DNA of 64,000 nucleotides, taken from IMG/VR virus record IMGVR_UViG_3300020409_000014, positions 1-64,000 of that record, one strand, 5' to 3'. The DNA is from a virus (taxonomy: Duplodnaviria > Caudoviricetes). The translations under genes were made by a program, and so were the position numbers. Below the pieces are notes generated by a model. The model worked only from the letters and a program-made list of their open reading frames with translations, did no database searches and was not told where the DNA came from. Shown piece after piece: positions 9,901 to 17,932 of this stretch; the first letter of the stretch is position 1; every line of letters starts with the position of its first letter.

Positions 9901-11434
9901 CTGATACTTGCTCTAGAGAAACTCTTGTGCCAGAAAAATCAGAAGTTACAAATCCAGTTGCACCTGATATACGTCCAACAAGTTTATCACCTGTTGAGAC
10001 AGTAGTATTACCTGCAACAAAGTTGATACCTGTATACATCTGGATATCCATCATATACATGTCAAAGATACCTGCTCCTGATTTCTGTAGTTGCACACAG
10101 CGAGCACGTCCGATTTTTTGTCCAGATATACTAGCACCAGTATTAAGACCCCAACCGTCATATAGATCTACGATTTGGTAAGCATCTTGGACACCCTCAC
10201 CAGTAAAGTTTGGCCATCCATATACGTCGAATACTTTTACATACTGACCCCATTCTAAAGGAATGATAGTGTTTTGAATTGCTTCAAAATCTCTTGGTTT
10301 TGGTAGATCAACATACTGAGGTGTTAGAAACTCTGTCCTATAACCTTTAATATATGCACGACCTGGTGATACCTCGATTGCAGCCCATTCTTCCGATGCT
10401 GCCTGACCTTCTCTAGATGATTGACCTGGTGTATATACACCATGATTGAAACCATCATTAAGATGTTCTCTTAAACTGACATCAAATGTGTCAATTACAT
10501 AGTCACCAGACTCTTCGTATGTCCTTCTCGCAAGTGACTTTTCAAGTTGTGAGTAAGCACTTGTATTAACAAGTTGCTCAACTTTAGAATTTCTGATTCT
10601 AACCAATTCGATGAAGTTTTTATCAGTCTCATCTGTAATTGGTTTCTTAACAAGTGTAGTAGATATCTTAAATCTATGTCCACCTGGTGCTGAGTAGTTT
10701 GATGTGCCTGCAGCATTATCGTTTAGAGACGTATCATCTTCTGGGGTAACAATAGATTCTGATACTTCTAGACCAATTCTGTATGACGGATTGTTTGTAT
10801 ACTGGTCAAGAATAATGTAAGCACTAGGGACGTTTACAAAATGTCCACGAATAAAATATATACCTTCATTAATATATGCTACAGCAGCTACTGCAGTTGC
10901 ATCAACAGGTAGTAACTGAGCAAATGGTGATCCAATCTCAATAAGAGTTGTGCCGAAAGTTAATTCAGACTCAGATATTAACTGCTCGTTTTCTTGGAAA
11001 CCACGGATGTTTGTCTCAGATACAGTGTCACCAGAGTCAATATACTTTACATATAGTGTAATGTATCCTCTAGTAGATTCAGTAGCAGGGATTGAGTATA
11101 GGACTTTTGCACGAATACCAGATGTAAGTCCAGATATAATCTTTCCACTTAGTTGAGTACGATATGTCTCAACGTCTACTCCCAAGAATGCTTGTTGTAA
11201 GACGATTGCTTGTACGTTTAAGTCATAACCTACTTGACCAGGTATGACCATTGCACCTTCTTTAAAGAAGTGCTGACCCATATTCTCAATCTGATTCTGT
11301 AGAATCGATTGCATTGTTGTTAGCTCTCTTGCTTGGATTGGGAATCCAGGTCTATAGAGCACTCGATAAAAATTCTTATCTTTATCGAAGTCGTCGAAAT
11401 ATGGACTAATGTTTAGGTTGGTATTCTGTGGCAT
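3998..11434 (-). CDS. DUF4815-family virion structural (baseplate-associated) protein
   Basis: 2478 aa; N-terminus MPQNTNLNISPYFDDF...FYRVLYRPGFPIQARELTTMQSILQNQ typical of this family; immediately downstream of gp8. Confidence 0.87.
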   Translation of the reverse strand: MPQNTNLNISPYFDDFDKDKNFYRVLYRPGFPIQARELTTMQSILQNQIENMGQHFFKEGAMVIPGQVGYDLNVQAIVLQQAFLGVDVETYRTQLSGKIISGLTSGIRAKVLYSIPATESTRGYITLYVKYIDSGDTVSETNIRGFQENEQLISESELTFGTTLIEIGSPFAQLLPVDATAVAAVAYINEGIYFIRGHFVNVPSAYIILDQYTNNPSYRIGLEVSESIVTPEDDTSLNDNAAGTSNYSAPGGHRFKISTTLVKKPITDETDKNFIELVRIRNSKVEQLVNTSAYSQLEKSLARRTYEESGDYVIDTFDVSLREHLNDGFNHGVYTPGQSSREGQAASEEWAAIEVSPGRAYIKGYRTEFLTPQYVDLPKPRDFEAIQNTIIPLEWGQYVKVFDVYGWPNFTGEGVQDAYQIVDLYDGWGLNTGASISGQKIGRARCVQLQKSGAGIFDMYMMDIQMYTGINFVAGNTTVSTGDKLVGRISGATGFVTSDFSGTRVSLEQVSGNFVDGEVITRDGRVVGTLDAVHTYKVIDARSAVGYNASSIVSFLANFLLNDRQAIRGASITVDLNGSPPKITGTNGSKFEQDLRPGDVLCPDGLSSPEGEKTFVITKAVKNAINLTSQNNTGVTPYVFDYQAQTATVDTSLTKGSITDGTYTTVVRYRPYLYGQNIPAGQLSQDMPKKTIKSISDESFFVFRTFDNKTVVSGGLTVALPESEQFAALDDDNYILTVLAEGGSAYSVGQNLDIEALSDSGALTVTYGADRQSITIGGLTNVTTVKLTALVSKNIVSRKIKTASKMRAMKITRTAKQQDVQRFGLLYGGLYGTRIEDTEISFGLNDVYKLHAVYESSDDNPPKIPYIVLSEATFFAPGTVITGGTSGARAIVVSFINSTLRLYNVDLNGSSFSPGETVTGVDADNNVLTATIDDADGSVEKGSKVITNQYELNQAQNPFFYDVSRLVRKPGTTPPTRQLMAVFDYFIHEASGDYFSGQSYTGIEFSDIPSPILKGSSQTVRDQIDFRPAVGELATGQGTVGSPFEVTCATLDFDARQFSTTGQGAGAAAAATLFDIPKAETEFRCDFDYYLPRTDKLFLTHDNKLQLLKGNSSEDPQPPDNMQNAMCLATLKHRAYMFDPERDSTINQEIIKRYTMKDIGDMEKRLTNVEYYTALSLLEVKAENTASYDENGFDRLKNGFVVDDFTDHKIGDVNSADYKCSLDFKEGILRPSHFTQNVPLKINQTKSTNVTTTPANICMLPYTDVEIVKQPYCSRSENVNPFNVFTFIGRIDLNPTSDDWIETNRLPARVENVEGDFSSVQNELNIDPNTGFAPIQWGGWETNWVGESLISTDTIINRTGSHSGGGTWVGTRHQGLEFIHERRTFAVTENQSRQGIRTRIVPKIERKSMGDTILSQTAVPWIRSRNIAFDVYRMKPRTRVYAFFDGVDITAYITPKVIELNKTGSNSNIINEVVTAPGANTFNQPSDSTIDNSNQIPFVVGETVVGIESGVKIKVAAADDAYVTTPYGTGAATLPSSYASNTNILNIDVDEMASTANGEFQGNVKIGELLVGLTSGAAAYVKDRRLLTDNVGNFKGTFYIPSPKIDSNPRWSTGTRTIRLTTSASNERTPGTVDSSADVEYRATGTLQTVRENILAIRNAEIVRDTVSDERVLTNSTRTETRQIGWYDPLAQSFIVDEEGGIMITSVDLFFRTKDSNIPLSMQIRTMENGNPTKDILPLSDITVNAADVEISESGLIPTRFTFRSPVYIKQSVEYCFVLLSDSNEYQVWISRMGDVEKSGNRTISEQPYAGVLFKSQNASTWTADQYEDLKFTIYKAAFDTNVTGTVTLENVEMGETNGGYTRLVDNPVVTIQPEQVLTLPSGSFDYTVGARLTQSPSGASGTVSAFDSTASPNTITINDISGIWSAGFLDASNNAFQGIVSSQATAIFQLSTVSNGDFSPRPNPATGTATTTNDIITGSTSNSTARVTAYYATGDTLPDNSTATNPVLYVNYVDKDFDLADTLSENGGVVTATITSVAYSGDTRNNYPVSAPSYQAKDRKVLVYHKNHCMHQRTNNVDVKGIISEIPPTTLTSSLAAGATSINVESAIAFHTQVNGQAIGNLNPGYLMIGSEIIQYSAIATDGKVVTVATSGRGSNGTADQDHPTGSPVVCYNLDGIPLTEINKVHDGIEDPWMDHYLLNTTSVANNGIRGGGFMAMASQNYQFETLRPSVANLVFPETSIVSRVNTTSSTSVGDGTAVVDQASFVNNGAYYDITLNTENYFATPQMICSKVNEDNKLGGNKSISLDCTLNTENPNVSPYVDLDRTSLITISNRINYWPGGPQPLGINSLIESTANVSLEPSGDQNDAVYLTRIANLAQLSRTLKIDFGCYRPQGTETRVYIKTFESGSEVDPDTINFVEIQPKVAIPASDVFEFRDYSYEATGLNFNAFQVKIVMRSRNQASVPQIIDFRSTALAT

Positions 11435-11436
11435 CG

Positions 11437-12972
11437 TTAGAATTCGATTACGACTTTGATATCCTCAATTTGGTCGCCCGCACGAGTGATTGGTCCTCTA
11501 TTATCTATGTAAATAATCCGACCGCTATTTGGTTGGATTTCTGGATCTGCATAACCGTTAGTAAATGCCATACCCAAATCATATTCAGTGTTGTTAATCA
11601 CTCTGGTAGAGGATCCAGAGACGATAGGGAAGTTGATGTCTGGGTCACCTGATGTACCTGAGATAGATCCCACAACTGGGTTACCTCCATCAAACTCAGT
11701 CAAACTACCAGTAATCTCAGGGAAAATACCGTCGATTCTATTCTGGTAATACTTCAATACTTTTGTTGTGCTATTCCATGAAACAACACGACCTCTAGCA
11801 GTTACCTGCTGTCCACCAACTGTCCTAGATTGTGTTACGATCTCGTCAGTTGTGTAGTTACCTGTAAATGTAGGAGAGAATATAACTGCCTTTGTACCTG
11901 ACAAAGTTAATTCTGCAGTCAATTCATTTGTGCCATATCTAAATGGATTAAGTAACAAACCAATACGACGATAGTCGTTATCAGTTGGGAAGTCACCTGA
12001 TCCCTCAGCGTATGTAAACTTGGTGTTGATCATTGTCCTATATCCACCTAACTCTGTGTCAGGTGCTGCACCATGACCTACAGATGGAGGAATGATAACT
12101 TCAACAGATGCACCAGATCCTGCTCCTGCTCCGATACCGTTGATCTCATCAATGATAACTGTCCCGAATGTATATCCTGATCCACCAGATGTAACAGTAG
12201 CAGTAACAAGTTTACCACCGTCAACCACTAGTGATACACGTCCACCAATACCGTCTCCTTTAATAGGGACGTTTTCGTAGGTGCCGTTGTTGTAACCAGT
12301 ACCTGAAGATCCGATAATAACCGTATCAATCTCTCCACCAACAGCATCAGAGATAACAGCAGTATCTTCCAAAACTGGCATATATTCATTAGAGAAGAAT
12401 TTTAAAACTTGTCCAACAGGAATAGTATAGAGATATTTCCAACGATAACCATCAGCAGTTGTGATGATAGATGTTGAAGTACCTGTAGGCTCAACAGTGG
12501 AAGGTTTTCCGTTAGGATCACTAGGAGACGTGCCGTTGAATATACACTTGTATACCTGATAAGATGAGTTAACAACATAGAAGTCTGCATCATAAAGTTT
12601 AGTAGCACCTGATGCAGCAGTCTTTGTAGCAGAATAGTCATGTCTATACATGTCATAGACGTAACCTAATCCACCAGTAGTTTGCTCGGGAGGAATCCAA
12701 TTTATTCTTCTTACAACTTGTATTGTGTCATTTGCTAAAACTCTCTTTAGGGAGATCATGTCAGAAAAGTTGTCAGCAAATTCCTGTAGCGAATCCGTTG
12801 GATCGGGCGGGTCATTCTCATTATCCCAGCTTTGAGGTCTGCCAATGAATACGTACAGTCTGTCTCTGGATGCTCCTGCTGCTAGATCGGATTGAGCCGA
12901 GTCAGGACCTTCCAGAGATTTAATGAATCTCTTGGCAGTAAAAATTCTAAACTGGTCGGTTAGTAGTGCCAT
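11437..12972 (-). CDS. gp8: Baseplate wedge subunit gp8
   Basis: 511 aa; LYVFIGRPQSW, MISLKRV, VVRRINW, YDMYRHD, VYKCIFN, DGYRWKYLYTI motifs. Confidence 0.92.
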   Translation of the reverse strand: MALLTDQFRIFTAKRFIKSLEGPDSAQSDLAAGASRDRLYVFIGRPQSWDNENDPPDPTDSLQEFADNFSDMISLKRVLANDTIQVVRRINWIPPEQTTGGLGYVYDMYRHDYSATKTAASGATKLYDADFYVVNSSYQVYKCIFNGTSPSDPNGKPSTVEPTGTSTSIITTADGYRWKYLYTIPVGQVLKFFSNEYMPVLEDTAVISDAVGGEIDTVIIGSSGTGYNNGTYENVPIKGDGIGGRVSLVVDGGKLVTATVTSGGSGYTFGTVIIDEINGIGAGAGSGASVEVIIPPSVGHGAAPDTELGGYRTMINTKFTYAEGSGDFPTDNDYRRIGLLLNPFRYGTNELTAELTLSGTKAVIFSPTFTGNYTTDEIVTQSRTVGGQQVTARGRVVSWNSTTKVLKYYQNRIDGIFPEITGSLTEFDGGNPVVGSISGTSGDPDINFPIVSGSSTRVINNTEYDLGMAFTNGYADPEIQPNSGRIIYIDNRGPITRAGDQIEDIKVVIEF

Positions 12973-12995
12973 TTAGTTATAGGTCTCCCATACTT

Positions 12996-13002
12996 TATTT
13001 AT
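12996..13002 (-). promoter_or_regulatory. T4-type late promoter (ATAAATA)
   Basis: Upstream of the gp8 start at 12972. Confidence 0.65.
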
Positions 13003-13009
13003 GGAGTTT

Positions 13010-14854
13010 TTAATCGTCCTCATTTCGGACTCTGGTTGTATACTCAGTAAAGATGTGCACACCTGTTGCACCTGATCCTTGACCTTGTATAGTTTCACCT
13101 GCAGCAAACTTACTTGCTGTGTTAGATGCAGTAATATTCTTTACGTTTAAGAAAAATTCTCCTGTCCTTTCCCCTGCAGTAATACTTACAAAGGTTGCAG
13201 TAACACCGCTAGATTGACCTGTTATGATCTCATCAACAGCATATGCAGAAGCGTTTCTATCTCTAACAGAGATTACACCAAGAGATATATGGGTGTCTCC
13301 ATCACCCAAAACTCCTGCTGTAACTACTGTTGCAAGTTGCGGTGGGTTTGCTCCGTCGTATAGTTTATCCGCTGCTTGGAATAAGGTGATATTTTGTCCA
13401 CCTAATTCTTCCTCAATACCATATTTAGATGATGCTATACCACCATCTAGGTTTGTATCATTCTCATATTCTGTGCCAGTATTTACTAGATCGATAATAC
13501 CGTCACCAACTCCGTCTAATTCATCATCATCTTCAAACGCTTTGTTTAAGATTGCTGATAACGGATCAGTAAAAGTAACAATATCGTTACCTGGACTGTC
13601 TATAATAACGTGTGGTGATACACCTGTGCCACTAGATTGTGCACTACCACCAACAAACTGTATAGATGCAGTCTTATCAGCAGAGTTACCACCATCAATA
13701 AATGCTAATTCGTCAACCTCAAATGTTAGATATAACTCATGAGCAATAGGATCCCAATCGTATACAATAGCAACCCTACTTGTCGCACTAGCAACAAAAC
13801 GTTTTACTTGGTCGGTAACCGCAAACGAATATTGAGAAACTCCTTGAGCATCGTCTTGCAAGTTGTCAAGAGTAACCTTTTGGTCAAATCTAAAGTTGAC
13901 ACCCCTGTCGAGTCCAGTAAAGGAGGTTGCAGTTTTACCTGTATATCTAACGATTTCTTTCCCGACCAAGAATTTACCTGAGCCTGGATACGCTGCAGTA
14001 GTCTCGACATTAATGGTGCTATCACTTGGTGCCACATTTGAAATGAGACCAGTAAGATTATAAACGACACTATTAAGAGATTGTCTATTCCTCTGCCTAC
14101 GAATGAGATTGGTATCTCTAGCAAATATAACTTTAGGACTATTAGTATACCCATTACCTTGGTTAGATAGATCTATACTAGTAATGGCACCCAAGTCAAT
14201 ATCAGCACTTGCTGCTGCTCCTCTACCACCTCCACCAATAATCTGCACAATAGGTGCAGTCTCAAAAAATTCACCTTGGTTAGTTAGGGTAATTGATGTA
14301 ACCTTACCAAACTGGTTGGGTGTAACTGTACCTGTAGCACCATCTCCACCGCCACCACCAGATATAACAACGTTAGCATCATTGAGGTCATAGTTTCTAC
14401 CTTCTCGGGTAATAACTAAACCTGTCACACCACCAGTAACAGGGACTAATTCTGATCCAGAGCCACCGCCACCTTCAATAACAGCACTAGTGCCGTCAAA
14501 ATAATTATCACCCAGAGTTGTCATCTGGATATAGTCTATTCCACCAGTTTCATTCAAAAAAACTTTGCCTCGTGCACCAAGACTACCTGCATCTGTTGAT
14601 TCGATCTTTAAACGTAGAGGGTCATATCCTTCGCCAGGATCTAAGATCTCAACAGCAAGTATTCTATTGTCTTGGATTATAGGTCTTAAAACTGCCTCTC
14701 TTAGAGGTGTCCCTGCATTCTGTATAGTCAGTTTTGGAGGGTCATTAGCATCATATCCGTCCCCACCACTTTCGACAAAAATCGCCCTGACTCCAAACAC
14801 ACTGTTGAATTCGGGTCTAATAATTGCACCAGAGCCAGGAACTGTACGTGTCAT
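13010..14854 (-). CDS. Virion structural protein with VrlC-like GxGY beta-repeats
   Basis: 614 aa; repeated i.i.xxGxGY...P.v.i.GGGG.GA.a units; within the baseplate cluster. Confidence 0.8.
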   Translation of the reverse strand: MTRTVPGSGAIIRPEFNSVFGVRAIFVESGGDGYDANDPPKLTIQNAGTPLREAVLRPIIQDNRILAVEILDPGEGYDPLRLKIESTDAGSLGARGKVFLNETGGIDYIQMTTLGDNYFDGTSAVIEGGGGSGSELVPVTGGVTGLVITREGRNYDLNDANVVISGGGGGDGATGTVTPNQFGKVTSITLTNQGEFFETAPIVQIIGGGGRGAAASADIDLGAITSIDLSNQGNGYTNSPKVIFARDTNLIRRQRNRQSLNSVVYNLTGLISNVAPSDSTINVETTAAYPGSGKFLVGKEIVRYTGKTATSFTGLDRGVNFRFDQKVTLDNLQDDAQGVSQYSFAVTDQVKRFVASATSRVAIVYDWDPIAHELYLTFEVDELAFIDGGNSADKTASIQFVGGSAQSSGTGVSPHVIIDSPGNDIVTFTDPLSAILNKAFEDDDELDGVGDGIIDLVNTGTEYENDTNLDGGIASSKYGIEEELGGQNITLFQAADKLYDGANPPQLATVVTAGVLGDGDTHISLGVISVRDRNASAYAVDEIITGQSSGVTATFVSITAGERTGEFFLNVKNITASNTASKFAAGETIQGQGSGATGVHIFTEYTTRVRNEDD

Positions 14855-16326
14855 ACTACTACTATGTCACCTATCATTGATGTGTGTGATGGAATACCAC
14901 ACTGATACTTGTAAGTTGTGCCTGCACTCAATGTTTGTGGCACTGTCCAGAATTGGACTCCTGATTGAGATCCACTAACACCACTGACTGCAGATCCATT
15001 TTGGGATACATTAATTTCAAATGGATGTGAGGATCCTGTTGTGTTATTAAATCTATAAGTAAATCCTCTATAGACATATATTGTAGGATTGTCAGATCCA
15101 GTTGGTAAACCACCACCATTAAATCTATAACCAGCTGTTGCATTACTAGTGATTATGAAACTAATAGTTGGAGATTCGGTCGCAATCCATGCCGATCCAT
15201 CATAGACTAAGTTGTCATTCTCACTTGCTGAAGGGAATGATGCAGTGTTTGTAATTGTAAGAGTATTGCTTGAAACAGCAGTTGTGATACCTGTGCCACC
15301 TGCAATAGTAAATCCAGAGTTACTTGCAACAGCAGTATAACTTCCAGTGTCACCTGATACAGATTGCAATACATTCTGCACAATGTTAGGTGAATCGTTT
15401 GTTATAGTAATAGCACCTGCGTTGAGGTTAGTGCTAATACCAGTGCCACCCAAGAAGTTAAGAGTGTCAGTAGTTACTGTTGCAGATGTGCTACCATTGT
15501 CAGCACCAAACGTTTCAAATAGATTTTGATCAGGATCACCAAGTGCTCCTGTCATAGTAATTGTAAGAGTATCTCCTACCAATGCAGTGGAGATGTTTGT
15601 GCCACCTACAATATTAAATGTGTCATTTGCAGCAGACGCTGTTGTTGTGCCAGTGTCACCTGTAAATGTTTCAAATAGGTTTTGTGTTGTGCCACCACCA
15701 CCTGTTGCTGTCTCATCATTAGCAGGCTCCCATTTTGAGGATGTGCCATTCCATTTCAATACTTGACCGTCAGAAGGTCCTCCATTTACTGTAGTATCTA
15801 CATCAGTTAGTATAGAAATACCATCAGTGGCATCAAGAAGTTGTGTCCAACTGCTGTGTGCAACATATGCTTTTCCTGTGCCATTTACATATCCAAGCAT
15901 ACCTTGATGTGCAGTAACATCAGGAAGATCGCTCAATAATGCATAAGGAGATGTCCACTTTAAATATCCATCTGCACCATCTACATATACCTTTCTACTA
16001 CCTTGACTACCTGCTTTGAATTCAATATCTCCTGTTGTATCTGGCTCAATAACAATATTGCCTGCACTCTCAGAAATAATTTTAAATGCTTTAACATTAA
16101 GGTCTGCACTTAGAGAATCGAAGTGTGATTCTGTAAACGCAGTGCCAGTCCATCGCAACACTTGATCATTAACAGGTGCTCCGATATTAACTTGTAAGTT
16201 GGTATCATTTCCTAGGTTAGTATATAACTCATCAATGACGCTATTTAATTTGATAGCACCATCTCTCAGGGTATCACCTGTGCCGTCATTCGCAGCTGAT
16301 CCAACATTTAGATTTTGCTTAGCCAT
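14851..16326 (-). CDS. gp9/gp10-like baseplate-fibre connector with C-terminal cupredoxin-like domain
   Basis: N-terminal ANDGTGDTLRDGAIKLNSVIDELY is the T4 gp9/10 N-terminal signature; C-terminal SHPF...YQCGIPSHTSMIG. Confidence 0.72.
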   Translation of the reverse strand: MAKQNLNVGSAANDGTGDTLRDGAIKLNSVIDELYTNLGNDTNLQVNIGAPVNDQVLRWTGTAFTESHFDSLSADLNVKAFKIISESAGNIVIEPDTTGDIEFKAGSQGSRKVYVDGADGYLKWTSPYALLSDLPDVTAHQGMLGYVNGTGKAYVAHSSWTQLLDATDGISILTDVDTTVNGGPSDGQVLKWNGTSSKWEPANDETATGGGGTTQNLFETFTGDTGTTTASAANDTFNIVGGTNISTALVGDTLTITMTGALGDPDQNLFETFGADNGSTSATVTTDTLNFLGGTGISTNLNAGAITITNDSPNIVQNVLQSVSGDTGSYTAVASNSGFTIAGGTGITTAVSSNTLTITNTASFPSASENDNLVYDGSAWIATESPTISFIITSNATAGYRFNGGGLPTGSDNPTIYVYRGFTYRFNNTTGSSHPFEINVSQNGSAVSGVSGSQSGVQFWTVPQTLSAGTTYKYQCGIPSHTSMIGDIVVV

Positions 16327-16348
16327 GGTAGGTAGTTTTCTACAGTGT

Positions 16349-16355
16349 TATTTAG
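16349..16355 (-). promoter_or_regulatory. Late promoter variant (CTAAATA)
   Basis: 23 nt upstream of the 16326 start. Confidence 0.5.
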
Positions 16356-17932
16356 GTTGCATCGTATGTAACTGACGTGGTGTCATACTTCACTGCAGTA
16401 GATGAGAAGTCAGTATCGCCTTGTCCACCACCTATTCCTGATACAGATAACGTTGCAACGTTAGACATTAGTGGTGAGTTACTTGCATTATTAGCGGGTG
16501 CAGGTCCTCGTAATTCAACTTTATACTTGTAGTTGGACATGTATCCCAACGCAGTAAATGATAGTGAGTTGCTTGTTGCACCAGTAACTTGTGCGTATGC
16601 AAATCCATCATCAGTTGATCTATACCATTGATATGAAATAGGTCCTGGTATAGGAGAGACATTTGCTTGGACTGTAAAGGTAACAGTTGTATTGACAGAT
16701 GCCGTAGCACTTTGAGGTTGTGCAGTAATTTGCAGCGTAGGTGTAACAGGAGGTGCTCCACCGTCTCCACCTTCTTGTGCAGGAGGTGCTGCTGCTCCAT
16801 TGTTTGCAGGTTGATTTATACTCTCTCTAGTCATATTCCCAACCATATATGGGAATGCTGCTTCTCCTACAGAGTCAATAGATATAAAATATGCATAAGT
16901 CCCATTTGGAAATTCTGGGGTTACACAGTATCTACCATTGTGAAAATCTAAATCACCTAGACCATCAATATATTCCCAGTCCTGCACTAAAGATCCTGCA
17001 GGAGGGTTTTGTGCAGTAGTGCCATAATCAGGTCTTCCTGCTATTTCAATATTTCTTGTCCTATAACTCGAGGACATAAAACGAGTTGTTTGTGATGCAG
17101 TAAACGGCACGTCATATCCAAAAGGTCCGTATACTGGAAATCCGTCAAAGCAATATCCTAAGATTTTACTATGACCATCAGGGTGACGCATATTGTCACC
17201 ATTAAACTGACTACTACCATAGTAGTCATTATAGTTTGCCATAGCAGAATTCTGCTTCCAACAATCTATAAAATGAGTATCATGATAATGATATTGTCCT
17301 GTTGATTCTGGGTGTCCACCACAAGAATCTTCACCAAAATCTACAGGTGAATTAGGATAATGTGCATTCCATTGAAATCCTACAGGAGGGTTACCACCTG
17401 CACCTGCACTAGGATTATAGAATACAACTCCATTTGCAGCAATACCTATAGCACCAAGAGGAGTTTCTATACGTCCATTTCTTTGATCATAATATGTGTA
17501 TGTGCCTGTTGGTATTGTTTGTGAATCTGCAACAATAAGATCTAATCTTTGGTCTGTGGCGAGCCAGCATTCCCCTGCAATGGACGTAAATGTTGTCCCT
17601 CTAAATATAAATCGTTGTTTCCTACCGTCAGAAAAGATAAAGAAAAGATGATCGCCAGGAGCAATAGTTTGGGCAGCAAATAAAGCATTGTCATTAACTG
17701 ATATATTTACAGAGATAACAAATCCACTTTGGAAGTATGTGTTATCATCAAATGTCCTCTCAACACCAAACTCACCACCACGATATCTAAACGTATGTGC
17801 AAATGCCTGCTCTGTAACCGCATTAGGATTATTCAGATTAGGAAACGTGCCATAACTTACTGGATCAGGTAGACCATCACCAGTTACGGCAAGTTGTTTA
17901 GTTGCTGACGTGTATGTTGCTGTAGCGGTCAT
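16352..17932 (-). CDS. YHYH-domain protein with C-terminal Ig-like domain
   Basis: GAIGIAANGVVFYNP...DSCGGHP...QYHYH...HSKILGYCFDGFPVYGPFGY; C-terminal ITAQPQS...TFTV...SYQWY. Confidence 0.85.
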   Translation of the reverse strand: MTATATYTSATKQLAVTGDGLPDPVSYGTFPNLNNPNAVTEQAFAHTFRYRGGEFGVERTFDDNTYFQSGFVISVNISVNDNALFAAQTIAPGDHLFFIFSDGRKQRFIFRGTTFTSIAGECWLATDQRLDLIVADSQTIPTGTYTYYDQRNGRIETPLGAIGIAANGVVFYNPSAGAGGNPPVGFQWNAHYPNSPVDFGEDSCGGHPESTGQYHYHDTHFIDCWKQNSAMANYNDYYGSSQFNGDNMRHPDGHSKILGYCFDGFPVYGPFGYDVPFTASQTTRFMSSSYRTRNIEIAGRPDYGTTAQNPPAGSLVQDWEYIDGLGDLDFHNGRYCVTPEFPNGTYAYFISIDSVGEAAFPYMVGNMTRESINQPANNGAAAPPAQEGGDGGAPPVTPTLQITAQPQSATASVNTTVTFTVQANVSPIPGPISYQWYRSTDDGFAYAQVTGATSNSLSFTALGYMSNYKYKVELRGPAPANNASNSPLMSNVATLSVSGIGGGQGDTDFSSTAVKYDTTSVTYDAT

